The position numbers and the translations under genes are program-made. A stretch of DNA of 64,000 nucleotides from assembly GCA_965203325.1 (NCBI GenBank), contig OZ241875.1, positions 2,368,001 through 2,432,000 of the forward strand, in the 5' to 3' direction. Position 1 is the first letter of the stretch. Each line of letters starts with the position of its first letter. Source of the stretch: a bacterium (GTDB taxonomy: Bacteria > UBA8248). Of the stretch, positions 1 through 9,644 are shown piece by piece. The notes below the pieces were generated by a model, which made no database searches, had not been told where the DNA came from, and saw nothing but the letters and a program-made list of their open reading frames with translations.

Positions 1-870
1 GACGTCATCGCGGCCCTGCCGGGCGTCACCGCCGTCATCGCGGGGGCGGAGCCTTATACGGCGGGCGTGATGGATGGCGCGCCCGGGGTGAAAATCATCG
101 TGCGCGCCGGCGTGGGCCTGAACAACGTCGACATACCGGCGGCCACGGAACGCGGCATACTCGTGGCGAACTCGGCGGGGCAGAACTCACAATCCGTGGC
201 GGAGCATCTGTTCGGCATGCTGCTCTGCGCCGTCCGGCGCATCGGCTGGCTGGACACAGAAATCAGAAAGGGTCTCTGGCGGGAGATTCAACCGCCCATG
301 CGCCCCCTGAACGGGATGACGATGGGGATACTGGGGTTCGGGAACATCGGCAAGCAGGTGGCGAAACGGGCCGTTGCCTTCGACATGAAGGTGATCGCCC
401 ACGACATCGTGCAAGACGAGGAGACGGCGGCAGAACTCGGGGTGCGCTTCGTGAGCCTGGAAGAGCTGGCGAGGGAGTCGGACTACCTCACCTGCCACGT
501 GCCGCTGACGCCCGAGACGACGCACATCATAGGCCGCGAGGTTTTAAGCCTCATGAAGCCGGACGCCTACGTCTTCAACACCTCGCGGGGTCCCGTGTTC
601 GATCTCGACGCAGTTACGGAGGCTCTTGAGAATGGCGTCATCCGCGGCGCGGGGATCGACGTGTTCCCCGAGGAGCCGCCCGATTATTCGCATCCCGTCT
701 TCACGCTTGATAACGCCGTGCTCGCCCCCCATCTGGGCGGCAGGGGCGAGGATGCGATTCGCAACACGCTCCGCCACACGACCGAGTGCGTCCTCGCCTA
801 CTTCCGGGGCGAGCGGCCTTCCACCCTCGTGAACCCCGAAGCCTATGAGGTCCTGGCAAGGGGGAGGTGA
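1..870 (+). CDS. D-2-hydroxyacid dehydrogenase (phosphoglycerate dehydrogenase-like), 5' truncated by the window edge
   Basis: Open frame from base 1. Motifs RAGVGLNNVD, GILGFGNIG (NAD binding), NTSRG, DVFPEEP, APHLGG. Confidence 0.9.
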   Translation, partial: DVIAALPGVTAVIAGAEPYTAGVMDGAPGVKIIVRAGVGLNNVDIPAATERGILVANSAGQNSQSVAEHLFGMLLCAVRRIGWLDTEIRKGLWREIQPPMRPLNGMTMGILGFGNIGKQVAKRAVAFDMKVIAHDIVQDEETAAELGVRFVSLEELARESDYLTCHVPLTPETTHIIGREVLSLMKPDAYVFNTSRGPVFDLDAVTEALENGVIRGAGIDVFPEEPPDYSHPVFTLDNAVLAPHLGGRGEDAIRNTLRHTTECVLAYFRGERPSTLVNPEAYEVLARGR

Positions 871-980
871 GGTAGCCTGTGAAACCCCGGTGTGTTCTTG
901 TGCAAGTCGTTCCCGACCGAATATAGAAGTAATTCGCTCCCCCTTTGAGGGTTATCGCCGCGCAGGGAGAAAGAATATCA

Positions 981-1131
981 ACTCCCCCCTTGAGGGGGAG
1001 TCGCAGAAGCCAAGCGGTTTGTGCGAAGGCTGATGCGGTGGGGGGACATGCCACAGAAAAAATATCCCCCCACCAGTTCGCTTGCGGGCTTGCGCCCTTA
1101 GCTCACTGACTCCCCCTCAAGGGGGGAGTTG
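981..1131. repeat. ~150-bp palindromic MITE/REP-like element, copy A
   Basis: Terminal inverted repeats ACTCCCCCCTTGAGGGGGAGTC ... GACTCCCCCTCAAGGGGGGAGT. Similar copies at ~5248 and ~10539. Confidence 0.85.
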
Positions 1132-1269
1132 ATTTCTTCTTTCGTCGGTTGGCAAAGGCTTTCAATAGGGGAGTGATTTCGGAACATGTTGGTTCCGTAG
1201 GGGCGCTTCGTGTAGTGCCCATTCCCTAACGAAGCCTATGGAGTATGCAGGCGGGGGAGGTGAGGCCCC

Positions 1270-1728
1270 CTACAGCGTCCCGTTGATGGCGTAGTTGAGG
1301 ATCCGCACCACCTGCTCGGGTTCCTCGGCCACGGCCATGGCGGCGGCGTCGACTTCCTTGAGGGCGTGTGTGTGGCCCGGGTCGTGCAGGGTGATGAGGG
1401 CTTTCCCCAGAGCCGCCGCGTAGCCCGCGTCGAAGGCAGCGTTCCACTGCCTGTATTTCTCCCCGAAGCGCACGACCACCACGTCCGCCTTCTCGATGAG
1501 CGTGCGCGTCCTGATGGCGTTCACGCCCGCGCCCTTGCGGTCTTTCCAGAACGGCTTTTCCTCACCGCCCAGGATGGAAACGCCGCAATCGTCGCTCGCA
1601 TCGTGGTCCGTGACGGGGGCGAGGAAGGTGATCGGCAGGCCCGCCCTCTCCGCGCCCTCGGTAATCCGCTCGCGCCAGTCGGTGTGCACTTCTCCGGATA
1701 GATAGACCGTCCAACTCGTCTGCGGCAT
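1270..1728 (-). CDS. YtoQ family protein (nucleoside 2-deoxyribosyltransferase-like fold)
   Basis: VYLSGEVHTDWR, VRFGEKYRQWNAAFDAGYAAALGK, HALKEVD. Confidence 0.85.
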   Translation of the reverse strand: MPQTSWTVYLSGEVHTDWRERITEGAERAGLPITFLAPVTDHDASDDCGVSILGGEEKPFWKDRKGAGVNAIRTRTLIEKADVVVVRFGEKYRQWNAAFDAGYAAALGKALITLHDPGHTHALKEVDAAAMAVAEEPEQVVRILNYAINGTL

Positions 1729-1796
1729 CGAATCCTGCTCCTTATGCTTTGAGGATAAATTGCGTGAAAGATGAAAGTTTTCATATGGCGCGACGT

Positions 1797-1826
1797 GAAA
1801 AACCCCGGCCCTCGTGGACCGGGGTC
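1797..1826 (-). terminator. Rho-independent terminator of the minus-strand small transcript
   Basis: Minus strand GACCCCGGTCC-ACGA-GGGCCGGGGT followed by a T run. Confidence 0.75.
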
Positions 1827-1966
1827 TTTCATCGTTCGGTGACCTGGTGGGGATTCGCCTGGGCGAAGATAAACCCGTGGGAATCTCCCGAGGGCATCTC
1901 CCCTAGGCGCCGGTCACCTCGTCCCTACAGTGTATTTTCATATTAGGATCACCTCCTTTCTGACGT
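1797..1966 (-). ncRNA. Candidate structured small RNA / leader with a 12-codon sORF (MKIHCRDEVTGA, 1941-1903)
   Basis: Bounded by a promoter and a terminator. Contains AGAAAGGAGGTGATCC, an ATG..TAG sORF and nested stems (GGTGACC/GGTCACC, GGGGA/TCCCC, TTCGC/GCGAA). Confidence 0.55.
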
Positions 1967-1973
1967 ACCTGGA

Positions 1974-2002
1974 ATCATCGGGAAAGCGAGGCGAAAAGTC
2001 AA
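1974..2002 (-). promoter_or_regulatory. Sigma70-like promoter TTGACT-N17-GATGAT
   Basis: Minus strand -35 at 2002-1997 and -10 at 1979-1974, with a 17-nt spacer. Confidence 0.55.
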
Positions 2003-2101
2003 GGCGCAATATGCAGGGCGGACTGACAGCACGGCGCCCTCCGTGATATACAAACCCCCGCATGGCCTGCGCCCAGGCTGAGGCGATGGCCCCACTCCCG
2101 C

Positions 2102-2194
2102 GGAGAGGTGTCCGAGAGGCCGAAGGAGTACGACTGGAAATCGTATAGGTGCCCACAAGGTGCCTCGAGGGTTCGAATCCCTCCCTCTCCGCCA
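2102..2194 (+). tRNA. tRNA-Ser (anticodon GGA)
   Basis: GGAGAGG/CCTCTCC acceptor stem, anticodon arm TACGA-CTGGAAA-TCGTA, long variable arm, GGTTCGAATCC T-arm, encoded 3' GCCA. Confidence 0.97.
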
Positions 2195-2320
2195 CCCACG
2201 AATACCGGAAGGCCGGATAGAAACCCGGGCTTGTCGCAGCCTTATATATCCATATATCCGCAACCCTGGTTCCAGATTCCGCAGCCCCTCCTTTCTCAGT
2301 CGGGTCTGACCCCGGGATCA

Positions 2321-2350
2321 TTGACAGCCGAACAAATTCCCGTCTATAAC
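2321..2350 (+). promoter_or_regulatory. Sigma70-like promoter TTGACA-N18-TATAAC upstream of the selenoprotein operon
   Basis: Near-consensus hexamers ~85 nt before the ATG at 2436. Confidence 0.55.
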
Positions 2351-2435
2351 TGATCCATCTAAGCATACTGGAAGACCGCGGCTGAACCCCATGGCGCGGA
2401 GTGCGTGTTCCCCTTGGATTGGAGGGAGTTTGTCT

Positions 2436-4046
2436 ATGGGCGAGAACGGTCGAATCGAAATCATCAACCCCATCGCCGCCGTGGCGGATGAGGGAGGTTC
2501 CGGCGAAGGCGCCGTAGTCCAGGGCCTGGACGGGCTCCGCATCGCTTTACTTGATAACTCCATGCCCCACGCGGGCGATTTCCTGAACCACGTCGGCGAA
2601 GCCTTCGCCGAGCGGCACGACGCGAAGCTCCTCGTGCGCAAGAAGGGCTGGGCCGCGCAGGGCGCCGGCCAGGAGACGCTCGACGAGATAGCGTCCAACT
2701 GCGACGTGGCGGTGACCGGCTTCGGGGTCTGAGGGGGCTGCACGTCGTGGAGTGTCCACGACTCGGCAGAGCTTGAAAAACGCGGCGTCCCCACCGTCGT
2801 GGTGGTGGGCACCGGGTTCGAGACGGCGGCGCGCAGCTTCGCCAAGGCCTACAAATCCCCCCATCTCCGCCTTCTCCTCGTCGATGATACCGTGGCCCAC
2901 CAGGGCGGCGACGCCCTGATGCGCATGGCGAAAAACGGCGTCGATACGGTGGCCGCCGAGTGGATGAACACGGCGAACGGGGGAGAGGCCGAAGCCGTCG
3001 CCGATGACCCCATCGAGCGGGTGCTCACGATAGCGGGCGACCCCATAGGTGCGAACGGCGCGCTATTCGATCTGGGGGCGACCGACGGGATGCCCGTCAT
3101 CCCCCCCACCCTGGATATGGTGGAGCGGTTCGTGGCGGCCTCGGGCAGAAAGGGCGATGAGGTAATCGCGCGCCTCATGCCGAGGCTGGCGGATATCACC
3201 GTGGAGCGGATCGCGGCCAACGCCATCATGGCGGGCTGTACGCCCGGCGTCATGCCCATCCTCGTGACGGCGGTGCAGGCCATGGGGGCGGAGGAGTACC
3301 ACGTCAACCACGTCATCACCACGGCGCACACGCTGTTCCCCATCGTCGTGGTGAGCGGCCCCATCGCCCGGGAGGTCGGGATGAGCGACGGGCGCGACTT
3401 GAGCGCAGCGGGCTGGGGGGTGAACGCCTCGGTCGGCCGCGCGATCAAGCTCATCATGTTCAACTGCATCGGCGACCTCGAAAACCGGGGCGCCACTTGC
3501 CAGGGCCATTTCGCCAAGTATTTCGACGCCATCACCGAGAACGTCGAACAGAGCCCTTGGGAGCCGCTCCACGTGGAGAAGGGCTTCGCCGAGTCCGACA
3601 GCGTGGTGACGGTGTTCACCGCCGAACCCCTCCACATGGTGGACGACCACAGCGCGCTCACCGCGCAGGGCATCCTGGGCACCTTCGGCACGGTGGCCGC
3701 CTGCTCCGGCACGCGGCCGCAGTTCGGCCGCTGCGAGATCATGCTCATCTTCGGCCCCACCCACGCGAACAAGGTCGCGGAAGCGGGGTTCGACAAGAAG
3801 CTCGTGCGCGATTACCTCTGCGAGGTCCACCGGATTCCGGTCAACACCTATCCTCCCGAATCGCGCGAGCGCTGGAGCGACTGGAAGCAGATGCTCTACG
3901 GGGTGAACACGATGGAGAACGCGACCCTGCCCATCGTCGAGGAGAGGGAGGACATCACCATCCTGGTGCACGGCGGCGCGGGGCCGAACTCGCTCATGGC
4001 GCCCGGCGCGCTGAACCACCGATCCATAACGCGGAAGATCGGCTAG
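2436..4046 (+). CDS. Probable selenoprotein: UGSC-family (here U-G-G-C) domain fused to a 'TDGxPVIPPT' domain; Sec at TGA 2730-2732
   Basis: ORFs 2391-2732 and 2799-4046 are in the same frame. Readthrough gives VAVTGFGV-U-GGCTSWSVHDSAELEKRGVPTVVV. RBS GGAGGGAG precedes ATG 2436. A hairpin follows the TGA. Confidence 0.85.
2738..2769 (+). promoter_or_regulatory. Putative bacterial SECIS hairpin
   Basis: GTCGTGGA-GTG-TCCACGAC stem-loop (2744-2762), extended by CTGC/GCAG. Loop G lies 20 nt after the UGA. Confidence 0.65.
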
Positions 4047-4049
4047 GCC

Positions 4050-5084
4050 ATGCCCGGGGCGCTTCTGAGCGAACTCTCGCCGGGTGCGGAGGCCGCGCTC
4101 GAAGCCGCGATGGAGAACGGGCCGGGCGACGGCCTTCCTCTCATCCCGCCGACCTGGAGAGCGGTGGACGCCATGCTCGCCTCCACCCAGGAGGGTTCCG
4201 GCCACGTTCTGGGGATGATGGCGCCCGGCATGGTGGACGTGACGGTCGGGGATGCGGCCGTCTGCGCGGTCTTGGCAGGTTGCAAGCCGGCGCACTTCCC
4301 GGTGGTCCTGGCGGCGCTCGAAGCCGTCATGGAGCCCGAGTTCAATTTCCTGGCCATCCAGGCGACCACCGAGCTCGCCTCGCCCCTGGTCATCGTCCAC
4401 GGTCCCGTCGCCGAACGGTTGGGCGTGCACTCGGGCAGCGGGTGCCTGGGGCCGGGCTTCCGGGCGAACGCCACCATCGGCCGCGCCGTCCGCCTGGCCG
4501 CCGTGCGGCTGGGGATGGCGGTGCCCGGCGAGACCGACATGGCCACCTTCGGCCACGGGGGCAAGTTCTCTGCCTGTTTCGCCGAGGCGGCCTGCGGCTG
4601 GGAGCCGCTCCACGCGACGCGGGGGTTCCGCGCGGAGCAAAGCGCGGTGACGGTGGTGGCTGCGGACGCGCCGGTGAACGTGAACGATTACGCGAGCGGA
4701 AGTGCGGAGAGCGTGCTTCGCATGATAACCGCTACGATGTCCTATCCGGGTTCCAACAACGCGCAGGGCGGCGGGGAGGTGTTGGTCGTCATCAGCCCCC
4801 AGCACCTGGGGCTCCTCGCCTCGGGCGGCATGGGCCGTGAGGACGCCCAGCGCGCGCTTTTCGAGGGTGCGCGTGTGCCGCTGACGAGTTTTTCGCCCGA
4901 GATCGCCGAGCGCGTGCGGGGCAGACGGCCGGGGCTTTTCGAGGACTCAAGCCCCGATGCCGTTCCGGTGGCGGACGGGCCGGAGAGCATTCTCATCGCC
5001 GTGGCCGGGGGGCCGGGGAGCCACACGCTTTTCTTCCCGACCTACGGCGAGACCCGGGCGGTGACGAAGGCGGTTCGGGGTTAG
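4050..5084 (+). CDS. Uncharacterised paralogue of the C-terminal domain of the upstream selenoprotein
   Basis: Shares DGLPLIPPT, AVLAGCKP, NATIGRAV, WEPLH, SAVTV and GGPG motifs with 2799-4046; starts 3 nt after its stop. Confidence 0.85.
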   Translation: MPGALLSELSPGAEAALEAAMENGPGDGLPLIPPTWRAVDAMLASTQEGSGHVLGMMAPGMVDVTVGDAAVCAVLAGCKPAHFPVVLAALEAVMEPEFNFLAIQATTELASPLVIVHGPVAERLGVHSGSGCLGPGFRANATIGRAVRLAAVRLGMAVPGETDMATFGHGGKFSACFAEAACGWEPLHATRGFRAEQSAVTVVAADAPVNVNDYASGSAESVLRMITATMSYPGSNNAQGGGEVLVVISPQHLGLLASGGMGREDAQRALFEGARVPLTSFSPEIAERVRGRRPGLFEDSSPDAVPVADGPESILIAVAGGPGSHTLFFPTYGETRAVTKAVRG

Positions 5085-5247
5085 ATGAACGATACGGGGG
5101 AGATTCACGGTTTTGTAGGGACAGGCCTCCGTGCCTGTCCGACGTTCTGACAAAGGCAACCCCGTCGGGCGGGACAACCCCGAGGGGGGTTGTTGAAAAA
5201 GTTTCGATGAATGGGGGTTTGACGCGACTGGGGAAAGAGCAAGATAA

Positions 5248-5398
5248 ACTCCCCCCTTGAGGGGGAGTCGAAGAGGCCGAGCCCTTGGGCGAAGGCCGAT
5301 TCGGTGGGGGGACATGCCACAGAAGAAATCTCCCCCCACCAGCTCGCTTGCGGGCTTTCGCCCTTACCTCGCTGACTCCCCCTCAAGGGGGGAGTTGA
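5248..5398. repeat. Palindromic MITE/REP-like element, copy B
   Basis: Same terminal inverted repeats and inner GGGGGGACATGCCACAGA..TCCCCCCACC hairpin as copy A. Confidence 0.85.
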
Positions 5399-5607
5399 TT
5401 TGAAATTCTCCTCGGTGGGGAGCGTCTTCGTAGGGATCGTATAGCGGCTTTTTCAACGCCCCCCTCAAGGGGGGAGTGGTTGTCGGGTGCTCTCAAGAGG
5501 GGCGTGAAAACCCCAAGCCGCAGAGAGTGGTTATGGAGCAGGACTGATGAACTGACCGGCCAAAAGGTCGTCAACCGAAGCATATCATTCCAGAAAAGGA
5601 GACGCCC

Positions 5608-6993
5608 ATGGCGGACAGGAGCAACGTCGACGTTCTCGTAGTCGGAGCCGGCATGGCCGGTGTGTGCGCTGCCATCGCAGCGGCGCGGGGCGGCGCGCGG
5701 ACGGTCCTCACGGACCGCTACGCCTTCCTGGGGGGCAACGCGACCGCGGGCCTTCTCGGCAACTTCCTCACCTTCCACAACATGAAGGGGGAGCAAATCT
5801 GCGACGGCATCCCCCAGGAGATCGTGGACGAACTCATCAAGCTGGGCGGCGCCTTTCCCGAGGGCCATCTCCACAACGCCTACGGCAACTCCTACTCCGT
5901 GACGCCACAGGACGGCGAAGTGCTCAAGCTCGTGAACCAGAAGCTCTGCCTGGAGGCGGGCGTGGACCTGGTGCTGAACACCTACACCATCGGACCCGTC
6001 ATGGACGGCGACCGGGTGGCCGGCGCGCGCATCGTGAACAAGAGCGGGGAGAGCGAGATACGCGCGAAGGTCGTCATCGACGCGAGCGGCGACGCGGACA
6101 TCGCCGCGCAGGCGGGCGCGCCCTTCCACCTGGGTGACGAGGAGGGGAAGATGATGTCCATCAGCCTCTTCTCGCGTATGGGGAACGTGGACTTAGAGCG
6201 CCACCTCCGGCACGTGAAGGAGAACCCGACGAACTTCATGCTCGGCGAGGACCCCTACATCGGCAAGTCGCGCGAGGAGATAGCCGCAGGCCTTCGCACC
6301 CACAAGGATTACCCCCTCGTGACCGGCTATTACGAGTCGGTCAAGCTCGCCCAGTCGCGCGGCGAGTTCCACCCGAACCGCCAGCGCGTGGTGTTTTCCG
6401 TCACCACCACGCCCGGGGTGGTCACCATCAACTCGACGAGCATGCTCGGCTACAGCGGCGTCGACAACGACGACCTGAACCAGGTCGCCATCGAGGGCCG
6501 CGAGCAGATATTCAAGGTGCGCGATTTCTACCGCAAATACGCCCCCGGTTTCGAGGAGTGCTACGTGATCGATTCGGCCTCGGCCATCGGGGTGCGCGAG
6601 ACGCGCCGCATCATCGGGGAGGAAACCCTCACCGACGATGACTGCATCGATGCGCGCAAGGGGCCGCGCGACATCGGCCAGGGGGCCTACTGCCTCGACG
6701 TCCACCAGCCCACCGGGGTCATCGAGCACAAACACGTCAGGGACGGGGAGGCCTACGGCATCCCCTACGGCGTCATGCTCCCGCAGAAGATAGAGAACTG
6801 CCTCGTGGCGGGCCGGCCCGTCTCGAGCGACCGCTTCGCGAACGGCTCCGTGCGCAACCAGGCCCACATCATGACCATCGGCCAGGCGGCGGGTACGGCG
6901 GCGGCCATGTGCGTGGAGCGCAGGACGACCCCGCGTGAACTGCCGGTGGAGCCGCTCAGGGAAAAACTACGACAGGACGGGGCGGTGGTATGA
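5608..6993 (+). CDS. FAD-dependent oxidoreductase (FAD_oxidored family)
   Basis: VLVVGAGMAG, LGGNATAG, IDASGDADIA, GVRETRRIIGE, YGIPYG, GQAAG. Confidence 0.9.
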   Translation: MADRSNVDVLVVGAGMAGVCAAIAAARGGARTVLTDRYAFLGGNATAGLLGNFLTFHNMKGEQICDGIPQEIVDELIKLGGAFPEGHLHNAYGNSYSVTPQDGEVLKLVNQKLCLEAGVDLVLNTYTIGPVMDGDRVAGARIVNKSGESEIRAKVVIDASGDADIAAQAGAPFHLGDEEGKMMSISLFSRMGNVDLERHLRHVKENPTNFMLGEDPYIGKSREEIAAGLRTHKDYPLVTGYYESVKLAQSRGEFHPNRQRVVFSVTTTPGVVTINSTSMLGYSGVDNDDLNQVAIEGREQIFKVRDFYRKYAPGFEECYVIDSASAIGVRETRRIIGEETLTDDDCIDARKGPRDIGQGAYCLDVHQPTGVIEHKHVRDGEAYGIPYGVMLPQKIENCLVAGRPVSSDRFANGSVRNQAHIMTIGQAAGTAAAMCVERRTTPRELPVEPLREKLRQDGAVV

Positions 6994-7045
6994 CCGCTCC
7001 CTGGAATTTGCATCTTCCGATCACCCAGAAAAAGGAGGAGAAACG

Positions 7046-8317
7046 ATGAAACGTACCGGACGCCGGCTATTCAGCATTATCGCCGTGGCCGCCTTTGTGG
7101 CGGGGCTCGCGCTGCCCGCAGCGGCGGCCAAGAATGTCACCCTCCTCATCCACCCGACCCTGTTCAAGGCGGCGGGGGGTCCCAAGGGCGTGGTGGCTGA
7201 CCTCGAGAAGGAAAAGGGCATCAAGGTGACCGTGGTGACCACCCCCTACGGGAAGATCAAGGACAAGGCGGTGCTCTCCTTCGCAGCCGGAGGCGGGCAG
7301 TTCGACGTGGTGTCCTGGGTGGACGCGTGGGTCAACCCCGAGACCATCGGTTTCCTGGAGCCGCTGGACAACTACATCAAGAACGCGCCCAAGGGCTACG
7401 ACTACGGGGACCTCATCCCCGCCCTCTCGGGCACGACCCGCTTCCCCAAGCCGAAAGGGCCCGCCTACGGCGTTCCCTACCGGACGGGAACCGGAATCGT
7501 CTACTACCGCAAGGACCTCTTCGCGGCGGCCAAGGTCGCGATTCCCAAGACCTGGGACGAGTTCCTCGCCGCGGCCGAGAAGCTGAACCAGCCGGGCAAG
7601 GTCTACGGCGTCGTGCAGCGCGGAAAACCGGGCGTCCACGTGGAGCAGGACTTCCTGCGCTATCTCCACAGTTCGGGCCACGGCGTGCTCTCCGCCGACA
7701 ACAAGACCTGCCTGCTCGACCGCGCCGACTCGATCAAGCTGCTCGAGGTGTTCGGCAAGCCCTTCCGCAGCGGCTGGTCCCCGCCCGACATGCTGGCCTG
7801 GGGACGCGACGAATACCGGAACGCCATGATGCAGGGCCGCGCAGCGATGGGGGTGTACTTCTCCCCCTACTGGGGCCTGATGACCAACCCCAAGAAATCC
7901 AAGACGGCCGACAAGCTGGGCTACTTCCTCGTCCCCACGCTGGACGGCAAGAACCGCGGCGCCACGCTGAACGGCGGCTGGCACCTCGTCATGGACAAGA
8001 AGAGCAAGAACAAGGCGGCGGCGTGGGAGCTCATGATGGCGCTCTCCAACAAGAAGAACCAGCTTCGGGGCGCCCTCAACTGGGCGAACGGCCCCGTGCG
8101 CAGTTCGGTCTACAACAACGCGGAATATCTCAAGAAGTTCCCGGTGGCGAAGGCGTGGCTGACCGCCATCAGCCGGGGCAGCGGCGCGGCGCAGCATCCG
8201 CGCGCGTCCGAGATAAGCGACGTCACCTCGAAGGAGGTCATCAACTACCTGCAGAAGAAGAAGAGCGCGAAGCAGGCCATGGGGGACGCCTGCAAGCAGA
8301 TCAACGCGGTACTGTAG
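7046..8317 (+). CDS. Carbohydrate-type ABC transporter substrate-binding protein
   Basis: Signal peptide, YYRKDLF, PKTWDEF; RBS AGGAGG before ATG 7046. Confidence 0.9.
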   Translation: MKRTGRRLFSIIAVAAFVAGLALPAAAAKNVTLLIHPTLFKAAGGPKGVVADLEKEKGIKVTVVTTPYGKIKDKAVLSFAAGGGQFDVVSWVDAWVNPETIGFLEPLDNYIKNAPKGYDYGDLIPALSGTTRFPKPKGPAYGVPYRTGTGIVYYRKDLFAAAKVAIPKTWDEFLAAAEKLNQPGKVYGVVQRGKPGVHVEQDFLRYLHSSGHGVLSADNKTCLLDRADSIKLLEVFGKPFRSGWSPPDMLAWGRDEYRNAMMQGRAAMGVYFSPYWGLMTNPKKSKTADKLGYFLVPTLDGKNRGATLNGGWHLVMDKKSKNKAAAWELMMALSNKKNQLRGALNWANGPVRSSVYNNAEYLKKFPVAKAWLTAISRGSGAAQHPRASEISDVTSKEVINYLQKKKSAKQAMGDACKQINAVL

Positions 8318-8381
8318 CAGCGGGACGAAAACAAAGGCGTACCGGGGGGTGTTGGAAAAGTCCTCTCCTCAGGGGATAAAA

Positions 8382-8526
8382 GCAACCCCCCTACCCCCCT
8401 TGTCAGGGGTCAAACGCGAGTGATGAACGAGCGTTTGCATAAGCCATTGACGAGAAACACATCGTCTTGCAAAACCTCCCTCTTCGGTCGGTTTTGACCC
8501 CTGACAAGGGGGGTAGGGGGGTTGCT
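8382..8526. repeat. Long inverted repeat (second palindromic repeat family)
   Basis: GCAACCCCCCTACCCCCCTTGTCAGGGGTCAAA ... TTTGACCCCTGACAAGGGGGGTAGGGGGGTTGC. Confidence 0.8.
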
Positions 8527-8711
8527 TTTGTTTCCTGCAAGAGGGGTTGTAGGGGCCGCATATATGCGGCCCTCCTCCTCGGTATGCGGGTCGCATATAT
8601 GCGACCCCTACAATTGGGGCGGCGATGATGCCGCCCCAGACGCGAAGGCGTACCCCGGAGGAGAGGCGGATTGGGGGCGCGTCCGGCGCGGACGCAAGCA
8701 CGGAGAAGATC

Positions 8712-9641
8712 GTGAATACCGGAGCCGTTCAGGATACGGCGCGGCGGGGCGGCCGCGGCTGGCTCACCCCCGCGCGCAAACAGGCGATGGCGCCCTACCT
8801 GCTCATGGCGCCCGCCTTCATCATCCTGGGCGCGATACTGGTCTATCCCTCCATCTACAACATCTATCTCTCGCTGTGGAAATGGCGGCTCACGACGCCC
8901 CATCTCTCCACCTTCGTCGGCTTCGCGAACTACGTCCACCTGCTCTGGGTCGACCCCGACTTCTGGGAGGTGACCCGCTTCAGCCTGGGCTTCACCGTGG
9001 CCACCATCGCCCTGGAATTCATCATCGGGGTGGCGAGCGCGCTGCTGCTCTACGGCCTCGTGCGCGGCAGGCGGCTCATGACGTCCTTTCTCCTCACCCC
9101 CTACATGGTCGCCCCCATCGCGGTGGGCCTCGGCTGGCGGCTCATGTGGGACCGCGACATCGGCATCGTGAACCTCCTCATCACCCTCGTGGGCGTCGCC
9201 AAGGTGAACTGGCTCGCGGAGACCGGCCCCGCCTTCTGGGCCATCGTGATCTGCGAGGTCTGGCGCTCGACGCCCTTCGTCACCATGATCCTCCTGGCGG
9301 GCATCACGGCGCTCCCCAACGAGGTGTTCGAGGCCGCCCACGTGGACGGCGCGAACCGGGTGCAGGTGTTCCGGCGGATCACCTTCCCGCTCATCCTGCC
9401 CCCGCTGGTGGTGGCGCTGCTCTTCCAGACCATCTTCAAGCTGCGGGTGTTCGACATCCCCTACATACTCACAGAAGGAGGCCCCGGCACGTCCACCATG
9501 CCATACGGCCTGTTCATCCAGCGCATTTATTTTCGCTATTTCGACGTGGGCAACGCGGCGGCCACCTCGGTCATCCTCCTCGTGCTGGGCGCGGGGATCG
9601 CGTTTGCCTATCTGCGGCTCATCCAGGACAGGGACGGCTAG
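8712..9641 (+). CDS. Carbohydrate ABC transporter permease (start codon uncertain)
   Basis: FVGFANY, EAA loop EAAHVDGA, multiple TM segments. Confidence 0.9.
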   Translation: MNTGAVQDTARRGGRGWLTPARKQAMAPYLLMAPAFIILGAILVYPSIYNIYLSLWKWRLTTPHLSTFVGFANYVHLLWVDPDFWEVTRFSLGFTVATIALEFIIGVASALLLYGLVRGRRLMTSFLLTPYMVAPIAVGLGWRLMWDRDIGIVNLLITLVGVAKVNWLAETGPAFWAIVICEVWRSTPFVTMILLAGITALPNEVFEAAHVDGANRVQVFRRITFPLILPPLVVALLFQTIFKLRVFDIPYILTEGGPGTSTMPYGLFIQRIYFRYFDVGNAAATSVILLVLGAGIAFAYLRLIQDRDG

Positions 9642-9644
9642 GCC

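Noticed and set aside
1946..1961. GGATCACCTCCTTTCT as the 3' end of a 16S rRNA gene
   Set aside because: The sequence before it does not resemble 16S helices 44/45. It is better explained as an extended SD on the minus strand.
2102..2194. tRNA-Sec, given the long variable arm and the adjacent selenoprotein gene
   Set aside because: The anticodon is GGA (Ser), not TCA, and the acceptor stem is the ordinary 7 bp.
2160..2194. tRNA 3' end as an attachment site for the integrase at 12351
   Set aside because: I saw no duplicate of the tRNA 3' end in the window, and the integrase is 10 kb away behind ordinary metabolic genes.
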